A DNA stretch of 62,855 nucleotides, the filler included, from Nemertoderma westbladi (taxonomy: Eukaryota > Animalia > Xenacoelomorpha), in NCBI GenBank assembly GCA_032718475.1. It is 4 parts of 4 records of this genome, joined end to end, with 100 filler letters (N's around TTAATTAATTAA, not from the genome) between each part and the next. Parts side by side here need not be neighbours in the genome. Positions count along the whole stretch, not along the records: positions 18,156 to 40,900 come from JAUCBJ010002184.1; positions 41,001 to 58,543 come from JAUCBJ010000378.1; 2 more parts are not named here. One strand, 5' to 3'. The notes under the pieces were generated by a model, which worked only from the letters and a program-made list of their open reading frames with translations, made no database searches and was not told where the DNA came from. Positions within the stretch are counted from its first letter, which is position 1. Every line of letters begins with the position of its first letter. A program made the position numbers and the translations under genes. Below, piece by piece: positions 36,717-48,841 of the stretch.

Positions 36717-38879
36717 ATGGGTTGTGTCGGTAGCAACCCCACAGTGCGTGAGTCGAATACGTTCCCTCAATCTCAGGTTCAGTCACAGCAATGTTTATCA
36801 AACTCCGTTCCACAAAGTCCCTCCAGTGAAAACTTCGGAACGCCTCGCCTGTTCGCATCAACAGTCGGGCAACAACTACCAACTCAACCGCCTATTCCAG
36901 TCCATTCGAATGAGACGCCAGTGAAAGTAAATTCAAACGATTTACAAACAAGATGTGAAGGTGACCCAGAATTGATCATTAAACAATTTTCTGAATCGAG
37001 TAATCTGATGGGACCGTTTTTTTATAATTTTGCGACATTCATAAATGACATTTCCGAAAAACAGATATCTATGTGGTATGACACAATAATTAAAAAGGTC
37101 AAGTCATCGATTCAAGACCTAGAAACTATTACTGATTACGCAACACGGGAAGCTGATGATAGAATGCAAGCAATACAATACGCATTCCAAGTCTTACAAA
37201 TTACTGATGGTGAACTCTACACTAAAGTAGCTGATGATATTAGTTCACCATTTGTAAATCTTAACGCACAAATTTTAAAGATAATTAATCCGCTCCATTT
37301 ACTTTCTAGTGATAACTTCGTTGTATATCCTGGTGGAAAATTTGGTTTCCCTAAAGTACCACGTGATCAATGCTCAGTTAAATTGCTCCTTCTGAAGGTG
37401 TATTCCAACTACAAAGCCATTCTATGGAATACCACTGATAAGTCACAAATTCTGTGTCGGGAGCTGCTAAATTCACCATTCCTGACACATTTATTTCATG
37501 AAATTAGCTTACCGGAGATGAGTCCAAAAAATCACCATTGTTATCCCATTACGTATCTCATCAGCGAGTCACTCGGTATTCTTCATAATATCGCCAGACA
37601 CACCGACTGTCGGGCTGTATTTCGCGACAACAACGCCGTCCATATATTGGAACAACTTCTCTCCACTGAGTCGCAATTACTTAAACTTAAGTGCCTCTTA
37701 ATTTTGGGTTATATTCTCGAGGAAGATGAAAACAACAAGTTGCATTCGTCGCCGGAAAACATGAAGTTTCTTCTCGAAATGGTTGGAGATGCGATGGAGA
37801 GCAACGATCATTGTTGTTGCAGGGATGATAACAGGTTCAGTCTCTGTGAACTTCTACAAGGCCTGAACGGAATTATAGTGAACGACGTCAACAAAAGACA
37901 CGTATTCGAAAACAAAGGGATTGAAATCTTTAGCAAGATTATTAAAAACAGCGATGCGTTTAATACCGGAGAACAAATTGAAGCGGCGAAGGGTATTTGG
38001 CTGTTGTCTTTTGTGATTGATGATTTTTTTAAGAAAGAAACAGATTGCGTTGCTTTGTTACAAGATATCAAGGAGACCTCGTTAAGCAGTGATTTGAAGA
38101 AAGAATGCGCCGGAGCTTTATTTTCAATTTTAGGCCCTGAAGACGACGATGAAGACGAGGTCGCTGAGGCTACCAGCGTGGACGTCATGATAAGTTACCA
38201 ATGGGATCACCAGGCGACGATGTTAAAACTGAAGGATTTACTTCAAGAGGCCGGATTTAAAGTTTGGATGGATGTGGATAAGATTAATGAAGATGTATTG
38301 GAGTCTATGGCAGACGCGGTCGAGACCTGCCGTGTCGTCATCATGAGCATATCGCATCGGTACAAGGACAGCAGGTATTGTAGAACCGAGGCTAAATACG
38401 CCTATCAGCTGGACAAACCTGTGATACCGGTGCTCGTGGAGAAGGGGTACAGAGCCAGCGGTTGGCTGGGAGCCATGGTGTCCACCTCTCTCTACTATCA
38501 TCTGTACGACGAGGCACTAATAGAACAGGAATGGCCTAAAATACAGGAACGTGTGAGAAAGTATTGCGGTGAAATAGTGTGTGGCAATGATACTAATACT
38601 AAATATGTGGGGAAAGCCCCTTTGCAGCGAGCAATTTCAATGACAACAGTGGCAAATTGGTCAGCAGATGACGTTCGCAAGTGGTTGCTTGATAACAATT
38701 TAGAAGAAATATCTGATAAGTTTGGTAACTGTAATGGGGAACTTCTTATGGAACTGTCTAGGATCGGTAATGAGTCAGTGGTTGCTTTGCATAGTCGTAT
38801 AGAAGCATACACGGGCTGTAGTGATTTATTTTTTTTGTTACGATTTAGCGCTGCATTGAGCAAGCTTTCGAGCCGCTAA
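36717..38879 (+). CDS. ARM-like repeat / TIR (TIR_2-type) / SAM-like domain protein, 720 aa, single coding exon
   Basis: First ATG at 36717 (MGCVGSN). Helical ARM-like region (ESLGILHNIA, EAAKGIWLLSF, ECAGALFSI); TIR box DVMISYQW...VWMDVD...MADAVE...SRYCRTEAKYA...PVIPV; SAM-like WSADDVRKWL. Confidence 0.88.
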   Translation: MGCVGSNPTVRESNTFPQSQVQSQQCLSNSVPQSPSSENFGTPRLFASTVGQQLPTQPPIPVHSNETPVKVNSNDLQTRCEGDPELIIKQFSESSNLMGPFFYNFATFINDISEKQISMWYDTIIKKVKSSIQDLETITDYATREADDRMQAIQYAFQVLQITDGELYTKVADDISSPFVNLNAQILKIINPLHLLSSDNFVVYPGGKFGFPKVPRDQCSVKLLLLKVYSNYKAILWNTTDKSQILCRELLNSPFLTHLFHEISLPEMSPKNHHCYPITYLISESLGILHNIARHTDCRAVFRDNNAVHILEQLLSTESQLLKLKCLLILGYILEEDENNKLHSSPENMKFLLEMVGDAMESNDHCCCRDDNRFSLCELLQGLNGIIVNDVNKRHVFENKGIEIFSKIIKNSDAFNTGEQIEAAKGIWLLSFVIDDFFKKETDCVALLQDIKETSLSSDLKKECAGALFSILGPEDDDEDEVAEATSVDVMISYQWDHQATMLKLKDLLQEAGFKVWMDVDKINEDVLESMADAVETCRVVIMSISHRYKDSRYCRTEAKYAYQLDKPVIPVLVEKGYRASGWLGAMVSTSLYYHLYDEALIEQEWPKIQERVRKYCGEIVCGNDTNTKYVGKAPLQRAISMTTVANWSADDVRKWLLDNNLEEISDKFGNCNGELLMELSRIGNESVVALHSRIEAYTGCSDLFFLLRFSAALSKLSSR

Positions 38880-40589
38880 ACCCTAACGAACTCAGCGCCG
38901 ACCGTCCCTATAAACACCTAACCCCCTCTTCAGTCCCCGATCAGCCTTGTACAGCTAGGTCCCCTATTCATCTGAATTATCAAGACTAACAGTGTCTTTG
39001 GTAGGCTATATGCCGCAGTTCAGATACTGTAGTATAGTTACAGAACTACGTTATGGTCATAAATATTTATTATTTGGGTGAAAGTTTAAAAAATGGATTA
39101 ATTACTGGATGATGATGACAGATCGCTTCATGGTAATATACTCCAGGACGCTGTGTAGGATTAACGATATAAAGATACAATACTCTCTTAACAAACGATA
39201 CATTGGAACATTATCGGTAGTAACCTCTTTGTTGCCAAAAACCCACCACCACCCTGCAGACCTTACGGCTGCCGCTGCGACTTGCTGGCTACTACTGTTA
39301 CCGTATAACATATGAGTCTGTGCATTATATTGTTATATGATATGACAGCGGACTGTTGAGAGGAAACGTGGTGCTGACTGAGCCTTTGACATTCGTGAAT
39401 CAACTATAAAGACACCGCAGTAGTTTGTGATAAAGCAGATTAATTGGATTGGGGATCGCTAACTGTGAGGAGTTGCGGCTGGCACACAGTACATCCTATT
39501 GGTGGGGGTCTCTAGAGTAGTTCTTGACTGACACTACACTAAGTATGTTGGAGGTACAACACAATGAAGTTTATTGGTACAGTAATCCCCATCAGTGAGT
39601 GGCCTAGGCCTACTACTGTATGTAAAGTAATTTGTGCCATGTGTCTTTTATAGCATCATTTTGTCTATTACTGTAACGATTCAGATATATAGTATTGTAT
39701 TTTATAGTAATCTTCCTATCCAAATAATTATACTATATTATAATGCAGGATGCCTTGCCTATACTTTATTTTCATTGGATATAGGGCCTAGGCCTACAGT
39801 GTACTGTATCTGTAAATACCAGTAAAATAAAGCAGTCACTTTCCCTAAATTGATAAAGGCCTTTATTTATCGATCTACTAAAAATAATAATTTTTAACTA
39901 AATTTTAACAGGAAAATATTCAAATACTAAATTTTCAGTTTCCACTAAAATTGATTAAATTTCATTAAATTAATATTTTTAATTTAATATTACTAATAAA
40001 ATATAATAATTAATTTATTGAATTATAAAATTATCATTGAATGAGGGAAATGAGCATGAGCAGGTCACAATAACAACTTATTCTAACCAAATGGGTTTAA
40101 TAATAAAAAAAACATTTCAATGATAATTATATACGGTATATAATATTTTATATTCCACTAAAATTATGAATATATTATATATATTTGAAAAAAAATTAGT
40201 GATAAAAACATTTAATTTAGTGGAAACGCCAGTTGTTTTAGTGGCCAATTAAATTAATGCGATTGATAAATAACATACCCTGTAACCCTGGTAACATGTT
40301 TGCTGTCAGCGGAAGATTCTTTCTCCCTAAACCCCTTATGTTCTTCCTTGTAGTTGAGCATCAGAAGTGATTGCGAGTCGGTTTGTTATCTAAAACTCCC
40401 CCATTAAATTGTTCGCCGGTCCCGTACCTTTGATAGGATCATGAAGCCGTGCTCCCACTCGCTTTCCCTGCCAAATGATGAGAATTAGTTCCAATTTCGC
40501 TGAGCGAAAAACACCATTAAAGCTTACCTGAGTTAGCCTCACTAGGCGTATTTGGCCTGAAGTAATGTTGTTTCACTGACTTGTTGTGC

Positions 40590-40758
40590 GCGTAATCCTC
40601 ACGTAATCCTCACGTAATCCTCACGTAATCCTCACGTGATCCTCACGTAATCCTCACGTGATCCTCACGTAATCCTCACGTGATCCTCACGTAATCCTCA
40701 CGTGACGGTCACGTAATCCTCACGTAATCCTCACGTGACGGTCACGTAATCCTCACGT
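40590..40758. repeat. 11-bp tandem repeat CACGT(A/G)ATCCT, ~15 copies
   Basis: Direct inspection. Confidence 0.9.
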
Positions 40759-40900
40759 GTTCATCTTTATAAGTATGTAAGAGGTCTAACCGATCCCCAG
40801 AGTAAATTGACGAAAATACCAGCTGATAAAATAGATAACGATTAAATATGAATATGTGCTATGTATGTCACCCGTTTATTGGTATAGTAGAATGGCCTGA

Positions 40901-41000
40901 NNNNNNNNNNNNNNNNNNNNNNNNNNNNNNNNNNNNNNNNNNNNTTAATTAATTAANNNNNNNNNNNNNNNNNNNNNNNNNNNNNNNNNNNNNNNNNNNN
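40901..41000. other. Assembly/contig spacer
   Basis: N44-TTAATTAATTAA-N44. Confidence 0.95.
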
Positions 41001-41470
41001 CGGTTTAATTTTTATTGCTATGTAAGCCTAATGTATTATTCGACTGACAGTATTATATAATCTCTGACAATATTATTCACCTTCGGTAATATTAACAGTT
41101 CCTTTAGGACGTGGCGCTTTATCTACATAAACAGAGTTATGACTTAAACTACTCGCAACGATATGGCTTAATTATAATCCACATATATGGCGCATTCTTT
41201 AGGAATTGCTTCTTTAACAGACTCACTCATACACTATGCTGCACAATACTGCACACTAATCTGCCAATCTTCACTGATTTTAGTCACATATAAAAGGAAC
41301 ACAGGCTGACTCATGTAGGGTCTATCAAATAACATTAGATTCACTTCAAACCACTTTAACATAAGTCACAATCGTTATTGGTAACCTTTCTCTCTTACCT
41401 TCGGTATATCAAGAATATTGGGTTGCGGGGTGATTTATCGTTATTCCAAATATAATGATTCATCAACCAT
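41001..41470 (+). mobile_element. 3' fragment of the same LINE family as 150-2076
   Basis: AATATTAACAGTTCCTTTAGGACGTGGCGCTTTATCTA is the exact reverse complement of ~476-513; homology continues to ~41470. Confidence 0.75.
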
Positions 41471-42263
41471 ATTATGAAGAACTGACAGCAAATAGCAGTA
41501 TAAAACAACAACTGAACAGTTAGGTACATCGGTACATCAGTACCGGTATATCAGCAGTGAGATATTTACGGAGTGATATTTATCAGATGTGTCGTTTGAA
41601 TATATCAATCAGTTAAAGGATATATGCCCTTTATAATTAAACCTACCAGTGTACGACTAAAAAGCAGTACAGCACAAAATATTTATAAGCCGTTCTTTCT
41701 TTGGCTCAAGACTGAATGAAAACACTGCACATAGGCATTGCGTCATTTCTCGGAAATTCTCTGTACAAGGAGCCACAAAAACGCTCTCATTGGCTGACTG
41801 AGCTGAGAGACGCCGTAGAACAAAGGAAATCAACACGTATGAATGTCAGCTGTTAACCGTAGTCATAGTAACTACTGTTCAAGAGTAGCTATCACTCCTT
41901 TGCGTCACAAATTGCCATAGAATCATAAAATATACCTTTCACAATACACATACGGAGGAAATAAGTCTTAGATCCTCTAAAAACACCGATACAGTAATAA
42001 TACGGTCTCTTACACTTATTAAATCAACTACAGAGTATTTTAATGTAAAAGATAATAAAAATAACGGGGCAATTCAGCAAAGGCTTTTACATCGCCCCTG
42101 ATGAGGAGGGTCGGGGGAGGGGAGGTAGGCCGAGTGGAGAGTGAGGGATTGGAGAGATAGTGGACCTGTGTACCGGTAGTGGAAATTAGAGGTTTCAGGG
42201 TTTTGGTGATTTATCTTGTTGATATTGAAGAGATTAAATACAAAGATTGTTTATTGACAGACT

Positions 42264-42873
42264 AAACGATGCCTTTTCGGTAACTCAGTCTCAAGCCTAC
42301 CAATTATTTAAAACACGCATTGTGAAACCGGGCGAATCTTACGATGTTTATTTAGTGGAATTAAGGAAGTTGTTATTGCTTTCTGGTGTAACCGACGTCG
42401 ATTCAGCTACGCCTATTCTTCGGGGACAGTTTTTGGCAGGTCTACCAAGTAATGTAACCCAACATCTAACAGCTGCCATTGAAGCTGAGGGAGTTGAACT
42501 GCAACTTTCGGAGTTAGTGGCGCGTGCTAGAAGAGTATCCGGTATGTTAAAGGAAAAAGATGCTGGTAATGGTACCTACGATCGCGTTGTGGGTGCCATC
42601 GAACGGCAGGGGAATGTTGGTGTACGAGGGAATGGTCCAATCCAAGCTGTCTGCTGGAATTGCAGTGAAGTGGGACAAATTGCCCGACAGTGCCCCCGGG
42701 GTCGGAATCGAGGAAGTGGAGCACGCGGTGGGATACAATGTTACGGATGCCGAGGGTTTGGTCACACGCAGCGTGAATGCCCAACTGTCCAACGGAAGTT
42801 GGGTTCGGAAAACTTTTCCAGGGGGGTGTATTCGCAATCCTCGGTCACCCCCCGCGCTTCCTTCCAACCGTAA
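42264..42873 (+). pseudogene. gag: Gypsy gag (5'-truncated) with two zinc knuckles
   Basis: PGESYDVYLVELRKL, QFLAGLP, CWNCSEVGQIARQC (H lost) and CYGCRGFGHTQREC. Confidence 0.82.
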
Positions 42874-45800
42874 CATGTCAGTTAACATTTCCTTGTAATA
42901 AAGGAGATATTTTTACGTTTACAGCCGGGTTGGACACGTTTTGTACAGAGTCTTTAATAACTAAGAAGTTGTTGCTTAACAATTGTATTAACTTTCGGTG
43001 TTCAGAATTTAATAATACTCTTGGAACATTAGGGGATAGTGTAGCCGTACATGGTAGTGTGTGTGCTCATATCAATGGTATAGATGGAACTGATACAAGT
43101 GTCGAAATATGTTTGAAGGTTGTTGACACTGAGTGTTTGTTTGGTGTGGATATATTATTGGGGGCAGATTGTCTAACTATTTTTGGAGAGTTAAATGTAG
43201 TGTATGACCGTGACATGGGGGTGTGTAATGTAAAATTGCCATTGATGCATGAGTGCGTACATGGTACCCAAACTAAGCTGCTTGGGGCCCTTAATAATGA
43301 GCGTAGCAAGCCATTGTCGCTGCTGCAATGTCTGATAAGTCTGGTGGCAGTTGTGAACAATCATTACTTAATGTCAATGCTAAAGAGTGGTACCCAAAAT
43401 GTCCATTGCAGACGGTATATAACCATAGTTTGTTGTCACAAACTAATCGGTTAAGAAAATTTATTCGTGTAGAACAATTTTTGAATGGTGATATATGTTT
43501 GCATGATAAAGATTTTAATGTAACATGGCATAACATCGATAAGCGGTGGGTTCTAGAGTGGAAGTGGATATCTGGAATTCCACCTGTTGGTCATATAGGT
43601 TCCGGCCTAGGTGAATATAACATTAAAATTTCTGATAGACAGCTAGACCTATTTAGTGGTGAAGTGAATAAGTGGGTTACCAATGGTTGGATGGTTAAGC
43701 ATGACCCTCAGGTTCATGGTGAGCTTAAAGGAGTACTACCCCTAATGCCAGTTCTACAGGAACATAAACCGACAACTCCCGTACGGCCTGTGCTAGATTA
43801 TATCCTATTAAACAAGTTATTGTGTGCTGATCCCGGTCGGCAAGTGGCGGTTTGTAGCGAGTCAGTTAGAACATGGCGTAAAATGGGTAACAATACCAAA
43901 CTTTTAGACCTATCTAAGGCTTACCTACAGGTTCATGTAGTTCCATATCAGACTGTGTATCAGGGGGTGATTTGGAATGATGAAGTGTATATTATAAATC
44001 GAATGGGATACGGGCTCGAAATCGCTCATAAAGTTTTACATGCGATAGTTTCATTTATTTTTGACACCGGTGGTTACACCATGGAACAGGTTGATAAGTA
44101 TGTGGATGAAATCTATGTCAATGAAGATTTAATAAGTGTAACTGAGGTTCGTGCGTTACTAGTGCGGTTTGGTTTAGAAAGTAAGGACCCTGAAGGTCCC
44201 CAAACAATGAGTCTTCTGGGAATGAATATTTACCAAGATCCTTGTGGTGTGCTACAGTGGACAAGGAAAGATAAAGATACGTTAGCATTGCCTAGTAGGT
44301 CAACCAAACGAGAAATATTTTCCTGGTGTGGGAAATTAGTGGCCCATTACCCTGTTGTTAGTTATATTAGAGTTTGCTGTGGGTGGTTAAAACGTCTCTG
44401 CGACAATCATTGGGATGATCCAGCTAATTATGCTGTGAAAGAACTTGCTATTGATTTGTATAACATGGTCAGGGATAACAATACAGTGAGTGGAGTTTGG
44501 TCTGTGCAGAACACTATCCATAGTAAAGTAGAGTTGTGGGTGGATGCCAGTGATATAGCCAAAGGTGTTGTACTTGAAATTGATGGTAGTGTTGTTGAGG
44601 ACGCATCCTGGTTACGTAAGGCAAAGGATTTTTCGCATATCAATGTAGCTGAGTTGGACGCATTATTGGAGGGCATTAATCTCCTTGTAAAGTGGAATTT
44701 GGTTTGCAAACGGTGTCTAATATATACGGACTCTGAGGTAGTGAATAATTGAATGCAACAGATGTTGAATAACACTTGCAGGTACCACATTGGCGGAATG
44801 ACAGAAGCAGTAGTTAGACGCCGATTGCAAATAATAGAGGAAGTCATTGACAGTTATGATCTAGAATTGACAGTTAGCAAAGTATCTTCCAAACTGAATA
44901 AGGCAGATAAGTTAACGCGGATTCCAGAGCGTTGGCATAAGATCACTAAGCAAGTAACATTGTGTGGGGGGGTCTTTGCAGCTCAAGTTGTTGAAAGTGT
45001 TCCTATATCAAGAATCCTTGAACAACAGTATTTAGATACTGTACTAGCGGAAGTGCGAAATACTATTCTGAACGGCAGCTGGGGCGATATGTGTAGTGAT
45101 AACCCATATAGAAACTTGGACAAGCAACTGTCCATAGATCAGAATACAAAGTTATTGGTACGGGAAGTGAAAGTACCTCCACATGACATTGTTGTAGTTC
45201 CTGTTGTTCCGGAATCTTTACAATTAAGCATAATATCGCATTGTCATTCATCAAGTGGGCATGCGAGTTGGGGATTGACTAGGGAGAAACTCAGAAGGGT
45301 TTGTTATTTCACATGTATGTCTGCCAAGTGTCAACTGTTTATTAGCAATTGTAAATCGTGTTCTCTCGCGAGTGTCAAACGTCATATCAGTAGTTTCCCT
45401 TCAGACCGTACAGTCATTGCAGATAAGCCCTGGCAAGTTGTTTACGTAGACACTCTCAAAGCTGATAATCGGAATATCTTAGTAATGGTCGATTTTTTGA
45501 CTAAGTGGATAGAAGTAGAGATGCTGAAATCAATGAAAGCTGGTGATGTTGCTGATGTGTTTCTAGACAAATGCCTTTTATGGGGACCGCCTGAAGTCGT
45601 AAGGAGTGATAAAGGGAGTGAGTTTGTCAATGGAATTATTGAGAGTATCTGGAAAGTTTTTAAAGTTAAAGAAATACATGGCGCAGTAGGTAATCCCCGA
45701 AATCAAGGGGCTGTAGAACGTTGTCATGGAACCATTTTGATAATATTACGTAAAATTATCAGTGATGAATCTGACGATTAGTCAGATTAAGTGATTAAGT

Positions 45801-46483
45801 GGGCCCTTCATGCTTACAGGAACCGTCCAACCACCACCACGGGTATTTCCCCAATGAGAGCGTTTTGTGGCTGGGAGGGTCAACAGGTAAATTGCGGTTC
45901 TATGAATAGTTACAGTTGTAACACTTAGATTGGTCGTCAGTTAGTTGAGGGTGCAAAGATAACTGATTATGTAGAGCAAAAACTGTCGAAACTTGATTAC
46001 GTGCCTAACAACGAAGATGTACGACAGTTTGAAGTCGGTACTCGTGTATATTGGCATAAGGGTATGAGGCTTGGTAAGAAGGATACACCATGGATGGATG
46101 GGTGGAGAGTTAGTGCTGTGCTGGGGCCGTCGAATTATGAGATTTCACATGATTCACCTAATCGTAGAGCAAAGGTGGTGAATGTCGACGCCATCAAAGA
46201 GGCAGTAGGAAGTGGTAATGTGTTGCATCACGGTAGTGCTCGTGGTAGTGATCCACCAGCGGGAACTAGGGTCGTCGAGGTAGTCACTTTGAATGGAGAG
46301 TTAGAATTAGGTGACTTAGTTTTACCAAACATAAGTAACAGTCAGATATCTTGCACTCAGCCTGAAGTATCTACTGTTACAACAGATGTCGCGAATGAGT
46401 CCTCGAGTAGTGATAATGATTCACAAGTGGTAACAAAGAGTGGACGTGTTATAAAACCACCCAGTTATTATGGATTCACGTAA
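42870..46483 (+). pseudogene. pol: Gypsy pol (protease, RT, RNase H, integrase), interrupted
   Basis: LDTFCTESLI, RPVLDY, LDLSKAYLQV, RMGYGL, YVDEI, WVDAS...INVAELDA...YTDS, H-H-C-C zinc finger, VYVD / RSDKGSEF / GAVERCHG. Frameshift ~43330-43450; stops at 44750 and 45779. Confidence 0.88.
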
Positions 46484-47329
46484 ATGAGTTGTGGATGTAT
46501 TTCTTGTAGCCAAACACAATTCCAGGGAGGGTTGTGGTGTTCTATGTTGTATGGTGGAATTGTGTGGTGGAATGGATGGCTCGCCCCTGATGAGGAGGGT
46601 CGGGGGAGGGGAGGTAGACCGAGTGGAGAGTGAGGGATTGGAGAGATAGTGGACCTGTGTACCGGTAGTGGAAATTAGAGGTTTCAGGGTTTTGGTGATA
46701 TATCTTGTTGATATTGAAGAGATTAAATACAAAGATTGTTTATTGACAGACTTCCGCCATTTTCCCACACCCCCCCCCCCCCCCCCGGGTTTAATAGGGT
46801 TAATTTAGGATCTTTGAATTTAGAATTTATAATAGGATCATTTTCTAGAATTAATAAAATCTATTGTGCAATGTTATTCGATGTTTGCGCATTGTATGTT
46901 GTTTTACATTGTGTAATTGAGCTCAAGATTTGTTTTATTTATGAAGTCGTAATGTCAGAATGGGTGATAAGAGAGAGTGCTCTAACTTTCCTCTCAGTTT
47001 GAATATTTGTTTCCATGAGAGACATTGTTTCCATTAGATGAAAGGTAATAATTACCGCCATTAATTTGTCTGTAACCTCCAAAGCGGAGCTCTAGGAGAT
47101 CTTGCAACATCTTACGTGTAAGATCATAATTAAACTTTAATGTACCTTACTACATTGACTAAAGCATTCGTGGTATGAATAAGTGCGTCTTGGATATTTG
47201 GAGGGATCGCGTTTCCGGGAACCTGCTGTTGTTGTATCAACATTCACTATATTCCAATACCTCACAATGAATGCTACGAAATCTGCAGTACCCTTGAAGT
47301 CATATACCGATTTACTGTACCACTCTAAT

Positions 47330-47600
47330 GGCCCGTGGCTTCATTTTGTACTTATAGTTCTGACTATGGCTACATTTTGTTTCTATAGTTCCGCCCGTGG
47401 CTACAATTTGTTCTTATAGTTCCTCCCGTGGCTACATTTTGTTCTTATAGTTCCGCCCGTGGCTACATTTTGTTTTTATGGTTCCGCCCGTGGCTACATT
47501 TTGTTCTTATAGTTCCTCCCGTGGCTACATTTTGTTCTTTAGGTCCGCCCGTGGGTATAATTTGTTCTTATAGTCTGCCCGTGGCTACATTTTGTACTTA
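47330..47600. repeat. 31-bp tandem repeat (~8 copies) with an inverted copy at ~48897-48920
   Basis: GCCCGTGGCTACATTTTGTTCTTATAGTTCC; AAAATGTAGCCGCGGGCGGAACT is its reverse complement. Confidence 0.85.
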
Positions 47601-47703
47601 TAAACAAGTCTCCATATAATTGCATCATGTCCCACATATGGGCACATCAACTCAATAGAGTCCAGATTAGATGGCGAGGCATCTGGCTAAGAGAGTAATT
47701 TAA

Positions 47704-48841
47704 GGGGGGGGGGGGGGGGGTAGCGCATTTTCAGACCAAAAAGTCGAATTTTCGAAACATATCCTATCTGATGGAGAATTTCATGCTGAATCCAAATATG
47801 GAAACCGTTTTCCAATATCTTGCTTAGTTTTTGAGATATCTGGGATAGAAGATACTGGCTCCGATGTATCGCGATATCGGTAAAGGCGATGAAGTTTGGG
47901 GTTTGCATTCAATTTCTGAATATTTCAGTGCTCAGTGGTGCTAATTGGATGTCTCCACGAGAAAGAGCACAAAATTTTAATTGAGAAGATATTTTATTAT
48001 GATTATTGGACCTACTGATCAGTTTATAAGACAACTTCAAGTCTCCGGAATGAAGACGGGACTCGAATAAGCGACTCTGCGGTCTTTGCGGGATTACACG
48101 GAATAGACTTATCGGTCATCGGAGATCTTCAAAATGAATAATCTCCAGTTCTATTGGTCGTACGAAGTTCGTTTTGGGCTCATTCGAAAGCTCTTTTCTT
48201 AGAGAACAAAGTTACCATTTGGTTTGGCAAACTCTTGAAAGCTGCCTGAGCAATCATAACTTGAACAAAATTTGCAAGGCATATTTTACCCAAATTCATG
48301 TTATGTTGCTTTACAACCATTTTGTCTTAAATCAAATGGTAACTTTGTTCTCTAAGAAAAGAGCTTTCGAATGAGCCTAAAACGAACTTCGTACGACCAC
48401 TAGAACTGGAGATTATACATTTTGAAGATCTCCGATGACCAATAAGTCTATTCCGTGTAATCCCTTAAAGACCGTAGAGTCGCTTATTCGAGTCCCGTCT
48501 TCATTCTGGAGACTTGAAGTTATCTTATAAACTGATCAGTAGGTCCAATAATCATAAAAAAATACCTTCTCAATTAAAATTTTGTGCTCTTTCTCGTGGA
48601 GACATCCAATTGGCACCACTGAGCACATAAATATGCAGAAATTGAATGCAAACCCCAAACTTCATCGCCTTTACCGATATCGCGATATATCGGAGCCAGT
48701 ATCTTCTATCCCAGATATCTCGAAAACTAAGCAAGATATCGGAAAACGGTTTCCATATTTGGATTCAGCATGAAATTCTGCATCAGATAGGATATGTTTC
48801 AAAAATTCGACTTTTTGGTCCGAAAATGCGCTACCCCCCCC
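47704..48841. mobile_element. Near-palindromic non-autonomous DNA transposon with TTAA TSD (Kolobok-like)
   Basis: TTAA|GGGG...TAGCGCATTTTC ... GAAAATGCGCTACCCCCCCC|TTAA; ~520-bp inverted arms around a ~100-bp spacer; RR..YY termini. Confidence 0.82.

Larger units (their letters stand above)
42092..46769 (+). mobile_element. Decayed Ty3/Gypsy-type LTR retrotransposon (gag-PR-RT-RH-IN order)
   Basis: Direct repeats 42092-42263 and 46581-46752. Full 3' LTR 46533-46769 (TGT...ACA) after PPT AGGGAGGG. Domain order is Gypsy-like. Confidence 0.9.
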
